Of a stretch of 64,000 nt of DNA, positions 37,240-46,233 are shown one piece after another. The notes beneath the pieces are model-generated. The model had not been told where the DNA came from. It worked only from the letters and a program-made list of their open reading frames with translations, and made no database searches. The stretch covers positions 20,337 through 84,336 of the forward strand of contig JAGWOI010000007.1 in the NCBI GenBank assembly GCA_028870995.1. The letters run 5' to 3'. Made by a program: the position numbers and the translations under genes. This DNA comes from Candidatus Omnitrophota bacterium. GTDB lineage: Bacteria > Omnitrophota > Gorgyraeia > Zapsychrales > Fredricksoniimonadaceae. The first letter of the stretch is position 1. Every line of letters begins with the position of its first letter.

Positions 37240-38515
37240 GGGAGGCCTTCTCTCTTAGGAGCTTAGCGGCGATATCCCGGCGAAAGAACATGTGGTCAAA
37301 CTCGACTTTAGAAACTGCATTATACGCCTTTGCGGATGCCGCTTCAAGGTTTCTGCCAAGGGACGTTATCCCTAAGACCCTGCCGCCGTTGGTGACCAGG
37401 GAGCCGCCCTCGTTCTTGGTGCCGGCATGAAAAACGACCGTATCCGGGTCCTTGATTTGGTCCAATCCCCGGATGGCAAAGCCGTTTTGATATTTACCGG
37501 GGTAGCCGCCGGAGGCGATCACTACACAAACGCAGGCGCGCTCATCCCATCTGACCTTGGCCTCCTGCAGCCGGCCCTCGCAGGCAGCCAGCAGGATGTC
37601 CACCAAATCCGATTCCAGACGGGGCAGGATGCTCTGTGTCTCCGGATCACCGAAACGCACGTTGAACTCCAGGGCCTTGGGTCCCTCTGCCGTCAGCATC
37701 AACCCCGCAAACAACACCCCCTTGAAAGCATGCCCTTCCTGATGCATCCCGCGGATGGCAGGTTCAATGATCCTGTTGATGATCTGGTCCAGGATTTCGG
37801 CCTTGACCCTGGGGTTGGGGGAAAATGAGCCCATGCCCCCGGTATTGGGCCCCACATCATCGTCGAAAATACGCTTATGGTCCTGGGCCGAGGGCAGCAC
37901 GAAGAAATGTCGCCCATCGCTGATAGCCAGCACCGAGGCTTCGGGCCCCTGCAGGCACTCCTCAATGACGATCTTGTCTCCCGCGGCACCAAAAATTTTT
38001 TGAACCATGATCTCATCGACCGCTGTGCCGGCAATTTTAAGGTCCCCGCAGACATAAACGCCTTTGCCGGCGCAGAGCCCGTCGGCCTTGACCACCAGGG
38101 GAAACTGGGCCATCTTTAGAAAATCCAATGCCGCGTCGGCCTTGTCAAAAACCTTATAAACCGCCGTCGGAATATTTCGGCGGCGCATGAATTCCTTTGA
38201 AAAGACCTTGCTGCCTTCCAATTGGGCTGCGGCCTGGGAAGGCCCGAAAACTTTCAAGCCCTTGGCTTGAAAGAGATCGCTGATGCCGGCAATGAGGCTT
38301 GCTTCAGGACCGACGACAGTCAGGTCAATTTGCTTGTTCTGGGCAAACTGGAGCAACAAGTGAACATCATCGGGGGCAATGTTCACGCATTCGGCGATCT
38401 GGGCAATGCCGCCGTTTCCCGGTGCGCAATAGAGACGCTTAACCTTGGAGCTCTGTTTGATCTTCCAGCACAGCGCGTGTTCCCTGCCGCCGGCACCGAT
38501 AACGAGAACATTCAT
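37226..38515 (-). CDS. purD: Phosphoribosylamine--glycine ligase
   Basis: MNVLVIGAGGREHALCWK. ATP-grasp PurD full-length similarity. Confidence 0.9.
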   Translation of the reverse strand: MNVLVIGAGGREHALCWKIKQSSKVKRLYCAPGNGGIAQIAECVNIAPDDVHLLLQFAQNKQIDLTVVGPEASLIAGISDLFQAKGLKVFGPSQAAAQLEGSKVFSKEFMRRRNIPTAVYKVFDKADAALDFLKMAQFPLVVKADGLCAGKGVYVCGDLKIAGTAVDEIMVQKIFGAAGDKIVIEECLQGPEASVLAISDGRHFFVLPSAQDHKRIFDDDVGPNTGGMGSFSPNPRVKAEILDQIINRIIEPAIRGMHQEGHAFKGVLFAGLMLTAEGPKALEFNVRFGDPETQSILPRLESDLVDILLAACEGRLQEAKVRWDERACVCVVIASGGYPGKYQNGFAIRGLDQIKDPDTVVFHAGTKNEGGSLVTNGGRVLGITSLGRNLEAASAKAYNAVSKVEFDHMFFRRDIAAKLLREKASHGLH

Positions 38516-39516
38516 TGAAAAACAACCTTATGTTTGGGGCCCTTGACAACCCGGCCGATAATAAAGGAGGCCGTCTTATGGGACTTCAAAACAGCCTGCA
38601 CCCGCCTGACGTCTTGCGGGGCAACGACTAGGGCAAAACCAATGCCCATATTGAACGTGCGGTACATCTCACCTTCAGGGATGTTTCCCTTGTCCTGCAC
38701 CAGTTGGAATACCCGCGGAATGGGCCAGCTTCCTTTTTTAACGGCAAAACAAAGTCCTGAAGGCAGGACCTTGGTCAATTTCTCATACCACGCCCCGCCG
38801 GTGATATGCGCCATGCCCTTGACCCAGACTCGATCCAACAGGGCCAATACCGGCTTGACGTAAATGCGGGTGGGCTCAAGCAAGATACGCGCATACTGCT
38901 TTTGCTCTGTGAGGCTTAAGGCCTTACGCACCAGGGAATAGCCATTGGAATGTACCCCGGAGGACGGCAAGCCGATCAAGACATCATCGCATTTTATTTT
39001 TGAACCGTCAACCAGACGGTCTTTCTCCACGATACCCACGGTAAATCCAGCCAGGTCATAATCCTCGCCCCTGTACATGTCCGGCATCTCGGCCGTCTCA
39101 CCGCCGATCAAAGCGCATCCCGCCATCCGGCAGCCGGCCACAATGCCCTTCATCGCATCCCTCATGACCCTGGGATTGATCCTTCCGGTGGCGATATAAT
39201 CCAAAAAAAACAACGGTTTGGCGCCGGTACACAGGACGTCGTTGACGTTCATGGCCACGAGGTCTATGCCCACGGTGTCGTGCTTGCCTGCCAGGTTGGC
39301 GATCAGCAGCTTCGTTCCAACACCGTCGGTGGAAGAAACCAGCACCGGATTTTTATATTTCGTGAACCCCAAATCAAAAAGCGCGCCGAACGATCCAGGC
39401 CGGTGCATGACCCCGCGGTTGGCTGTTTTGGGCGCCATCTTTTTGATGGCATCCACAAACCGGTTGGCCTTGGTGATATCAACCCCTGCTTTTTTATAAG
39501 TTAAACCCGTTGTCAT
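38512..39516 (-). CDS. purM: Phosphoribosylformylglycinamidine cyclo-ligase (AIR synthetase)
   Basis: YKKAGVDI...GVDLVAMNVNDVL. PurM family. Confidence 0.9.
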   Translation of the reverse strand: MTTGLTYKKAGVDITKANRFVDAIKKMAPKTANRGVMHRPGSFGALFDLGFTKYKNPVLVSSTDGVGTKLLIANLAGKHDTVGIDLVAMNVNDVLCTGAKPLFFLDYIATGRINPRVMRDAMKGIVAGCRMAGCALIGGETAEMPDMYRGEDYDLAGFTVGIVEKDRLVDGSKIKCDDVLIGLPSSGVHSNGYSLVRKALSLTEQKQYARILLEPTRIYVKPVLALLDRVWVKGMAHITGGAWYEKLTKVLPSGLCFAVKKGSWPIPRVFQLVQDKGNIPEGEMYRTFNMGIGFALVVAPQDVRRVQAVLKSHKTASFIIGRVVKGPKHKVVFQ

Positions 39517-40307
39517 TTCAACAAATTTTCTTTCACGTAATTGACGCCGTTCTCGAAGATCTTGGCGCCTTCACCGAATTCGCTTTTCCTAGGCAGACGC
39601 GTCCAAAAGGGGTGCTGCTCGAACAAAAAATGGCGTTCCGGGTGCGGCATCAAGCCCAGCACGCGGCCGGTGGTATCGCAAATTCCGGCAATATCCTCGA
39701 CCGAACCGTTGGGGTTCTCGGGATAAGAAGGCTTGGCTCCGTCCGGTGCACAATAGCGCAAGGCGATCTGGCCGTTGGCACTCAAGGCCTCCAGCACTTT
39801 CTTATCACGCGGGATGAACTTCCCCTCGCCGTGCGCCACCGGCAGATAGATTTGAGGCGCCAGGTTCTTGGTCCAGGCACAGCGGCTTTCTACCTTCAAA
39901 TGCACCCAGCGATCCTCGAATTTGGCTGAATCATTATAAAATAATGTGGCTTCCTGTCCAATAGACCAGCCTAGGCCTGGCAAGATCCCTGCCTTGGTCA
40001 AAATTTGAAAACCATTACATATGCCGATGATCAGCTTGCCGCCGGCAATGAACCGCTGGATATCTTCTGCCAATTTCAAACGCAGTTCGTTGGCCAGGAT
40101 GCGGCCGGAGGCGATATCATCGCCGTAACTAAACCCGCCGGGCAAGGCCAGGATATGATAATCATCCAGGCGCTTCTCCTTGGCCGTCAAGGCCTTGATG
40201 TGCACCTGGTCGACACTGGCACCCAAATGCCTGAAGGCAAAGGCAGTCTCCTCATTGCAATTGGTTCCGGCGCTGCGGATAATGATGACCTTAACGTTAT
40301 TGATCAT
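39513..40307 (-). CDS. purQ: Phosphoribosylformylglycinamidine synthase glutaminase subunit
   Basis: Class-I GATase GICNGFQIL and catalytic MPHPERH. Confidence 0.8.
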   Translation of the reverse strand: MINNVKVIIIRSAGTNCNEETAFAFRHLGASVDQVHIKALTAKEKRLDDYHILALPGGFSYGDDIASGRILANELRLKLAEDIQRFIAGGKLIIGICNGFQILTKAGILPGLGWSIGQEATLFYNDSAKFEDRWVHLKVESRCAWTKNLAPQIYLPVAHGEGKFIPRDKKVLEALSANGQIALRYCAPDGAKPSYPENPNGSVEDIAGICDTTGRVLGLMPHPERHFLFEQHPFWTRLPRKSEFGEGAKIFENGVNYVKENLLK

Positions 40308-40975
40308 TTTCTCTTCTTGGCGTAAAACTTCTTGATGATCTTGACGACTTCTTCCGGCGTATCCACCACCTGCATGATCTTCAATTCCTTGGGCTCGACA
40401 CAGCCTTCTTTAAGCACAGGGCCTTTAAGCCAGTCCATGACGCCCTGCCAGTACTTTCTTCCGTAGAGAATGACCGGGAATTGGTCCATCCGCCGCGTCT
40501 GGATCAAGGTGATGCTCTCCGACAGTTCGTCAAAGGTCCCATAACCGCCCGGGAAGATCACAAAGGCCTTGGCGTATTTGACGAAACAGACCTTGCGGCA
40601 GAAGAAATAATGAAAACGGATCAAATGGTTGATATACCGGTTGGGGACCTGTTCAAAAGGAAGGTCGATGTTCAAGCCGATGGAGCGGCCCCCGGCCTTG
40701 GAGGCACCCTTATTGCCCGCTTCCATGATGCTGGGACCGCCGCCGGTGATGATGGCATAGCCCGCTTTCACCAAAAGTTCGGCCGTCCTTTCCGCGGCAT
40801 TGTAATAGACATGCCCGCGGGGGATCCGGGAAGAGCCGAAAATGCTCACCGCCGGGCCTATATTTTTCAATTCTTCGAAACCGTCGACAAATTCCGCCAT
40901 GATGCGAAAAATCCGCCAGGGATCTTCCATCATTTCCAAATCAGGGACTTGAGGGCGCTTGTTATGTTTTACCAT
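40304..40975 (-). CDS. LOG-family protein (nucleotide 5'-monophosphate nucleosidase/cytokinin riboside 5'-monophosphate phosphoribohydrolase family)
   Basis: GGGPSIMEAGNKGA and PGGYGTFDELSE LOG signatures. Embedded between purSL and purQ with 4-nt overlap to purQ. Confidence 0.75.
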   Translation of the reverse strand: MVKHNKRPQVPDLEMMEDPWRIFRIMAEFVDGFEELKNIGPAVSIFGSSRIPRGHVYYNAAERTAELLVKAGYAIITGGGPSIMEAGNKGASKAGGRSIGLNIDLPFEQVPNRYINHLIRFHYFFCRKVCFVKYAKAFVIFPGGYGTFDELSESITLIQTRRMDQFPVILYGRKYWQGVMDWLKGPVLKEGCVEPKELKIMQVVDTPEEVVKIIKKFYAKKRK

Positions 40976-40987
40976 AGGATTCCTTTT

Positions 40988-43876
40988 TTACTTGAGGGGT
41001 GATTTCCAGACTTCCTTCAATTCACCGATAAAGACATTGATGACCGGTTTTTTATTAAGGCCGTACACAATGAACTCAGGGCCGTTTTCAACCGTACCTA
41101 CCCTGGCCCAAGGCAGCCCTTTGAAAAGGGACCCCAAGGTTTTTTCATGTTCCGGCGCGACCTCCAGGATCAAACGCGAATTGCTTTCCGAAAAAAGCAG
41201 CACATCTTCCCGGCGCTGTTTGCCTTTAAAAGGCACCTTATCCAATAAAACGGTGGCGCCCAACCCGCCGGCAAAAGCCATTTCCGCCAAGGCCACGGCC
41301 AGACCGCCCTCGGAACAATCATGCGCCGAGGCCAACAACCTTTGCCTGGCAGCCTTCTCCACGGCCCTGTATATTAGGGAAGCCTTCTTAAAATCAACCT
41401 GTGGCGGCTGGTTTCCAAGCTGCCCCAGGTTCTCAAGATAAATGGAACCGCCCAACTCATCCTTGGTCGTACCTACCACATAAATGCCGTTACCAGCTTT
41501 TTTGAAATCCATGGTCACGCACCGGCTGACATCCTCGACATGACCGATGGCGGAAATCAAGATGGTGCCGGGAATGGCCAGGCTCTTGCCCTTGTGGGTG
41601 TATTCATTATATAAACTGTCCTTACCCGAAATAAACGGCGCGCCGAAAGAGACTGCGGCTTTATAGCAGCCTTCGGCACAGCGCACCAGGGAACCAAGCC
41701 GGTCGGGCTTGTCCGGATTGCCCCAGCAAAAATTATCGAGAAGCGCGATACGATCGAGCGTTCCGCCCACGGCAATGATCTGACGGATGGCTTCATCGAC
41801 ACAGGAAGCTGCCATCCAGAACGGGTCCAGCTTGCCGAAACGCACATTGATCCCATTGGATACGGCAATCCCGGCAGCGGAACCCAACCGGCCACGGATG
41901 ACCGCTGCGTCCGATGGCCCGTCGGTAGCAGGACCGGCCAGGGGTTTGACGATACTGGTGCCCTGCACTTCATGGTCATATATACGGATAACGCTTTCTT
42001 TGGAAGATACATTGTAATGGCTCAAAGCGCCGCATAAATCCGGCGTCAGATCCGCGACTTTTTTAGAAAGCTTCTCTTTCTTCAACGCAGGCTGATGATA
42101 AACGGCCTCCTTGGTGATCTGCGGCAGGCCGTCGTGCAAAAAGGCCATGTCCATGTCCGCCACCTGCTGGCCGTGGAAATATAACTGCAGGCGGCCGGAG
42201 CCGTCGAATTCCCCCAATACAGCAGCCTCGACATTCTCAGACTCAAACACTTCCAAAAGAGCCTCAATATGCACCGGAGGCACGGCCATGACCATGCGTT
42301 CCTGGGACTCTGAAATCCAGATCTCATGGTATTTAAGCCCCTGGTATTTCAACGGCGCCTTGTCCAAATCGATCCTGGCCCCGGTTTTTTCCCCCATTTC
42401 CCCGACGGCGGAAGAAAAGCCTCCGGCCCCGCAATCGGTGATGGCCGAATATAATCCGGCGTCCCGCGCCTTCAAAAGGGCATCCAAAACTTTCTTCTCT
42501 TCAATAGGATTGCCGATCTGCACCGCGCCGGATGACACGGTTTCCGATTCGCTGGTCAACTCACCTGAAGAAAAGGTGGCTCCGTGGATTCCGTCGCGGC
42601 CGGTACGGCCGCCGACAGCCACCACCAAATCACCCTTGTTTACCTTCTTGGTCTCCATGCCCTTGGGGATGAGCCCGACGTTGCCGCAAAAAACCAGCGG
42701 GTTGCCCGCAAAATGCTTGTCGAAGACAATGGCGCCGTTGACCGTGGGGATGCCCATTTTGTTGCCGTAATCGCGGACACCGGCCACCACCCCCTTCATC
42801 ACCCGTTTGGGATGCAAGGCACCGGCTGGCAAATCCGACATCGGCACATCCGGCGGCGCAAAACAAAATACGTCCGTATTGCATAACGGTTTGGCGGCCA
42901 GGCCCGTACCTAAGGTATCTCGGATGACACCGCCCACCCCGGTGTTGGCACCGCCAAAAGGTTCCAGGGCTGAAGGATGATTATGCGTCTCGACTTTAAA
43001 GCAAACGTTATAATCTTTATCAAAGCTGATGACGCCGGCATTGTCATGAAAAACCGAAACGCACCATTTTTTATTGAGCTTCAGGGTGGCCGCCGCAATG
43101 CTGGTCTTGAACAGGCTGCGGATGATCTTGGGCTTGCCCCTTTTGCCTTCACGGTACCGGATGATCCCCCGGAAGGTCTTGTGACGGCAATGCTCGCTCC
43201 AGGTCTGGGCCACCGTCTCCAGCTCGACGTCCGTTGGATTGCGGCCTTCTTTTTTGAAATGCTTCTGGATGGTGCGCATCTCCTCCAGGTTCAAATAAAG
43301 CTGGCCCTGTTTTGAAATCTCAGCCAATTTTCTATCCCTGGCCCCCAGCAAATCCACGACCACCACATCGAATTTGCTTGCCGCTGGTGCGGTAACACCA
43401 AGAGAAGTGGGCACATGCACCGGATCCTTGACCACATGCTGGATGAGCTTGTTCATCAAGACCCGTTGAGTGACGGCCTCCAGGTCTTTATCGGAAAGTT
43501 TGCCGTTGATATGGTACTGCCTGGCGGTGCGTACCGCGCTGATGCCGGTTATCCCCAGATCACGGATGCCCTTGATGGTCGAAGCCTCAACAGGGTCCAT
43601 GACGCCGGGATTGTAGGCGATCTCGACCACACGATGATCGGATGATTGCAGGGGGAGTTTTAAATCGAAGCTGTACTGCTCGACCACGGGGTCAACGAGG
43701 AGTTCATCGCCGATACGTTTGATCTCCTCGCGGGTGATGTCCCCTTCGAGCAGATAAACCGAAACCACACGCACGCCTGCAACGTCGAAACCCAGGTCGA
43801 TAATGTCACGGGCAATGGATTCCCCGATAGGGTCGAGGATCCCGTCTTTTTGTTTGACTTCAACACGCCAGATCAA
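40988..43876 (-). CDS. purL: Phosphoribosylformylglycinamidine synthase, PurS-PurS-PurL fusion (962 aa)
   Basis: Two N-terminal PurS-like ~80-aa repeats (MIWRVEVKQKDGILDPIGESIARDIIDLGFDVAGVRVVSVY and VEIAYNPGVMDPVEASTIKGIRDLGITGISAVRTARQYHI) followed by small-type PurL (AIR-synthase-related domains). Confidence 0.85.
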   Translation of the reverse strand: MIWRVEVKQKDGILDPIGESIARDIIDLGFDVAGVRVVSVYLLEGDITREEIKRIGDELLVDPVVEQYSFDLKLPLQSSDHRVVEIAYNPGVMDPVEASTIKGIRDLGITGISAVRTARQYHINGKLSDKDLEAVTQRVLMNKLIQHVVKDPVHVPTSLGVTAPAASKFDVVVVDLLGARDRKLAEISKQGQLYLNLEEMRTIQKHFKKEGRNPTDVELETVAQTWSEHCRHKTFRGIIRYREGKRGKPKIIRSLFKTSIAAATLKLNKKWCVSVFHDNAGVISFDKDYNVCFKVETHNHPSALEPFGGANTGVGGVIRDTLGTGLAAKPLCNTDVFCFAPPDVPMSDLPAGALHPKRVMKGVVAGVRDYGNKMGIPTVNGAIVFDKHFAGNPLVFCGNVGLIPKGMETKKVNKGDLVVAVGGRTGRDGIHGATFSSGELTSESETVSSGAVQIGNPIEEKKVLDALLKARDAGLYSAITDCGAGGFSSAVGEMGEKTGARIDLDKAPLKYQGLKYHEIWISESQERMVMAVPPVHIEALLEVFESENVEAAVLGEFDGSGRLQLYFHGQQVADMDMAFLHDGLPQITKEAVYHQPALKKEKLSKKVADLTPDLCGALSHYNVSSKESVIRIYDHEVQGTSIVKPLAGPATDGPSDAAVIRGRLGSAAGIAVSNGINVRFGKLDPFWMAASCVDEAIRQIIAVGGTLDRIALLDNFCWGNPDKPDRLGSLVRCAEGCYKAAVSFGAPFISGKDSLYNEYTHKGKSLAIPGTILISAIGHVEDVSRCVTMDFKKAGNGIYVVGTTKDELGGSIYLENLGQLGNQPPQVDFKKASLIYRAVEKAARQRLLASAHDCSEGGLAVALAEMAFAGGLGATVLLDKVPFKGKQRREDVLLFSESNSRLILEVAPEHEKTLGSLFKGLPWARVGTVENGPEFIVYGLNKKPVINVFIGELKEVWKSPLK

Positions 43877-43956
43877 GGGGGTCCTACTTTACAAGTCCAC
43901 TAGTAGAAAAATCAGCCTGCCTTAAGATTCCTGTTGCCTGTTTGTGAAAGTTTTTG

Positions 43957-44661
43957 TTACTTCGAGACCCGGCGCAGCACTTCCTGATAGGCCTGTTCGA
44001 CGCCGCCGAGGTCCCGGCGGAAGCGGTCTTTGTCGAGCTTGTTGCCCGTGCCCACTTCCCACAACCGGCAGGTGTCAGGAGAGATCTCATCAGCCAGGAT
44101 GATGCGGCCGCCTACGCGGCCGAATTCCAGCTTAAAATCGATCAACTCGATCTTCAGATCGAGAAAGAATTTCTTCAGGACGTCGTTGATCTTAAAGGCC
44201 ATGTCTTTGATGGCCTTGACCTCCTCATCGGTGGCGTACTTCAAGGCGCGAATATGGTATTCATTGACCTGGGGGTCGCCCAAAGAATCGTCCTTATAAC
44301 AAAATTCCAGGGTCGGTACGGCCAGGACCGTCCCTTCTGCTAACCCAAGCAAACGGCACAGGGAGCCCGCCGCGCGGTTGCGGATGATCACTTCCAAAGG
44401 AACGATTTGGACCCGCTTGACCAGCATTTCGCGGTCATTGAGGGTCTCGACGTAATGCGTCTCGATGCCGTGCTGCTGCAAATGCTCAAAAATCCTGGAG
44501 GCTATGCGGTTGTTCATGATGCCTTTTTGTTCGATGGTGCCTTTTTTCTGGGCATTGAACGCCGTGGCGTCGTCCTTGAAATACTGGATCACTAAATTCG
44601 GATCTTCGGTTGTATAAAGAATCTTAGCTTTGCCTTCGTAGATCTTTTCAAGCTTATTCAT
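43957..44661 (-). CDS. purC: SAICAR synthetase
   Basis: MNKLEKIYEGKAKILYTTEDPN... full-length PurC similarity. Confidence 0.9.
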   Translation of the reverse strand: MNKLEKIYEGKAKILYTTEDPNLVIQYFKDDATAFNAQKKGTIEQKGIMNNRIASRIFEHLQQHGIETHYVETLNDREMLVKRVQIVPLEVIIRNRAAGSLCRLLGLAEGTVLAVPTLEFCYKDDSLGDPQVNEYHIRALKYATDEEVKAIKDMAFKINDVLKKFFLDLKIELIDFKLEFGRVGGRIILADEISPDTCRLWEVGTGNKLDKDRFRRDLGGVEQAYQEVLRRVSK

Positions 44662-44697
44662 TTGTAATCTCCCCCATGATACAGATGGTGGTTTTTA

Positions 44698-45993
44698 TTA
44701 TCTAATCCCGGCCTGTTTGTAAATCCTGTCACGGTGACGGATATAGTACTTGATGTCGAAACAGGCATTGATCTCGTTTTGAGACAAGTATTTGCGCACC
44801 CGGCGGTCCCTGAACAGGACGTCCTTGAATTCCGAACTCTCCTGCCAGACCTGCATGGCGCAGCTCTGGATCATTTCATAAGCTGCGTCGCGGGTAAGGC
44901 CCTTTTTCATGAGTTCCAGCAGGATACGCTGGGAATAAATAAGCCCACGGGTTTTGGCCAGGTTGGCGATCATGTTCTTGGGATAGACCAGAAGCCCCTC
45001 GATGATGGGGATGAACTTGTTGAGCATGTAGTTAAGCGCGATGGTGGAATCTGGCAGGATGATGCGCTCCGCCGACGAGTGGCTGATGTCGCGCTCATGC
45101 CAGAGGTTGATGTTCTCCATGGCCACGATGGCGTTGGCGCGCAGGATGCGCGACAAACCGCAGATGCGCTCGCAGGTCACGGGATTGCGCTTATGCGGCA
45201 TGGCGGAGGAGCCGATCTGGCCCTTGAAGAACGGCTCTTCGACTTCCAAGAGCTCCGTCTTCTGCAGGGCGCGGATCTCGGTGGCGAATTTTTCTAAGGA
45301 ACATCCCACCATGGCGATGACGTTAATGAAATGGGCGTGCGGGTCGCGCTGGATGATTTGGGTCGCCACGTTGGCCGGTTTCAAATTCAGCTGCTGGCAT
45401 ACGTATTCTTCGACGGAAGGGTCGATGTTGGCATAGGTGCCCACGGCCCCTGACAGTTTGCCGTAACGCATCCCTTCGGTCGCCGCTTGCAGGCGCTCCA
45501 GGTTGCGGCTCATCTCGTCGAACCAGATGGCCATTTTCAACCCGAAGGTCGTGGGTTCGGCATGCACGCCGTGGGTGCGGGCGATGCAGACCGCATCCTT
45601 ATACTTTTTGGCTTTATCTTTGAGGGCAGCCAAAAGTTTTTTGATATCATTGGTCAAAATCTCACCGGCTTCCACACACTGCACGGACAAAGAGGTGTCC
45701 AAAAGGTCCGAGGAGGTCAATCCCATGTGCAGGTACTGGGCCTCCGGCCCCAGGCTTTGACCGACGCTCTGAATAAAGGCCACCACATCATGTTTGGTGC
45801 GTTCTTCCAGGCGGCGCACTTCTTCCAAATCGAATTTGGCGTTCTTGCGGATCTTTTCCATCGCCGGTTTAGGGATGGCGCCTAATTTGGTCATAGCCTC
45901 GCAACACAAAACTTCGATCTTAAGCATAATTTCCATTTTATGCTCATCAGACCAAATGCGGCTCATCTTAGACAGAGAATATCGGTCAATCAT
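44698..45993 (-). CDS. purB: Adenylosuccinate lyase
   Basis: MIDRYSLSKMSRIWSDEHKM... fumarate-lyase signature GSSAMPHKRNP. Start taken at MIDRYS. Confidence 0.9.
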   Translation of the reverse strand: MIDRYSLSKMSRIWSDEHKMEIMLKIEVLCCEAMTKLGAIPKPAMEKIRKNAKFDLEEVRRLEERTKHDVVAFIQSVGQSLGPEAQYLHMGLTSSDLLDTSLSVQCVEAGEILTNDIKKLLAALKDKAKKYKDAVCIARTHGVHAEPTTFGLKMAIWFDEMSRNLERLQAATEGMRYGKLSGAVGTYANIDPSVEEYVCQQLNLKPANVATQIIQRDPHAHFINVIAMVGCSLEKFATEIRALQKTELLEVEEPFFKGQIGSSAMPHKRNPVTCERICGLSRILRANAIVAMENINLWHERDISHSSAERIILPDSTIALNYMLNKFIPIIEGLLVYPKNMIANLAKTRGLIYSQRILLELMKKGLTRDAAYEMIQSCAMQVWQESSEFKDVLFRDRRVRKYLSQNEINACFDIKYYIRHRDRIYKQAGIR

Positions 45994-46107
45994 GCCACAC
46001 TCCTTCCACAACTTTGATAAATTTTTTTCCAGTTTGTGCCGCCACCTTAAATCCTAAATCAGAAAGCGGCCTTAAATAGAGAAAATATTGGTGTTTTTTA
46101 GGATTTG

Positions 46108-46139
46108 CTTCGCAAGGGGCCGCAGGGCCCTTAGCGAAG
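46108..46139 (-). other. GC-rich 14-bp hairpin (one mismatch, GCAG loop) at the 5' end of the predicted purB leader
   Basis: cttcgcaaggggcc-gcag-ggcccttagcgaag read directly. Not followed by a U-tract on either strand. Confidence 0.4.
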
Positions 46140-46148
46140 GGATAGGAA

Positions 46149-46177
46149 ATATTAGCAGAGAAAAATTCGGCGGTCAA
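46149..46177 (-). promoter_or_regulatory. Sigma70-type promoter for purB (-35 TTGACC, 17-nt spacer, -10 TAATAT)
   Basis: Reverse complement reads TTGACC-gccgaatttttctctgc-TAATAT. Predicted TSS near 46141, immediately 5' of a GC hairpin. Confidence 0.45.
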
Positions 46178-46233
46178 CCTAAAAAAATATCGAAAAGACG
46201 TAAAATATTGAAATATAACGACTTATATTTTTT

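Noticed and set aside
46012-46140. Possible purine or ZTP riboswitch upstream of purB, and similarly upstream of purH and glyA
   Set aside because: I could not find the conserved cores (purine riboswitch J2/3-J3/1 pattern or ZTP pfl GGGUCGUGAC/CCGGGCGC elements). Left as an unclassified structured leader instead.
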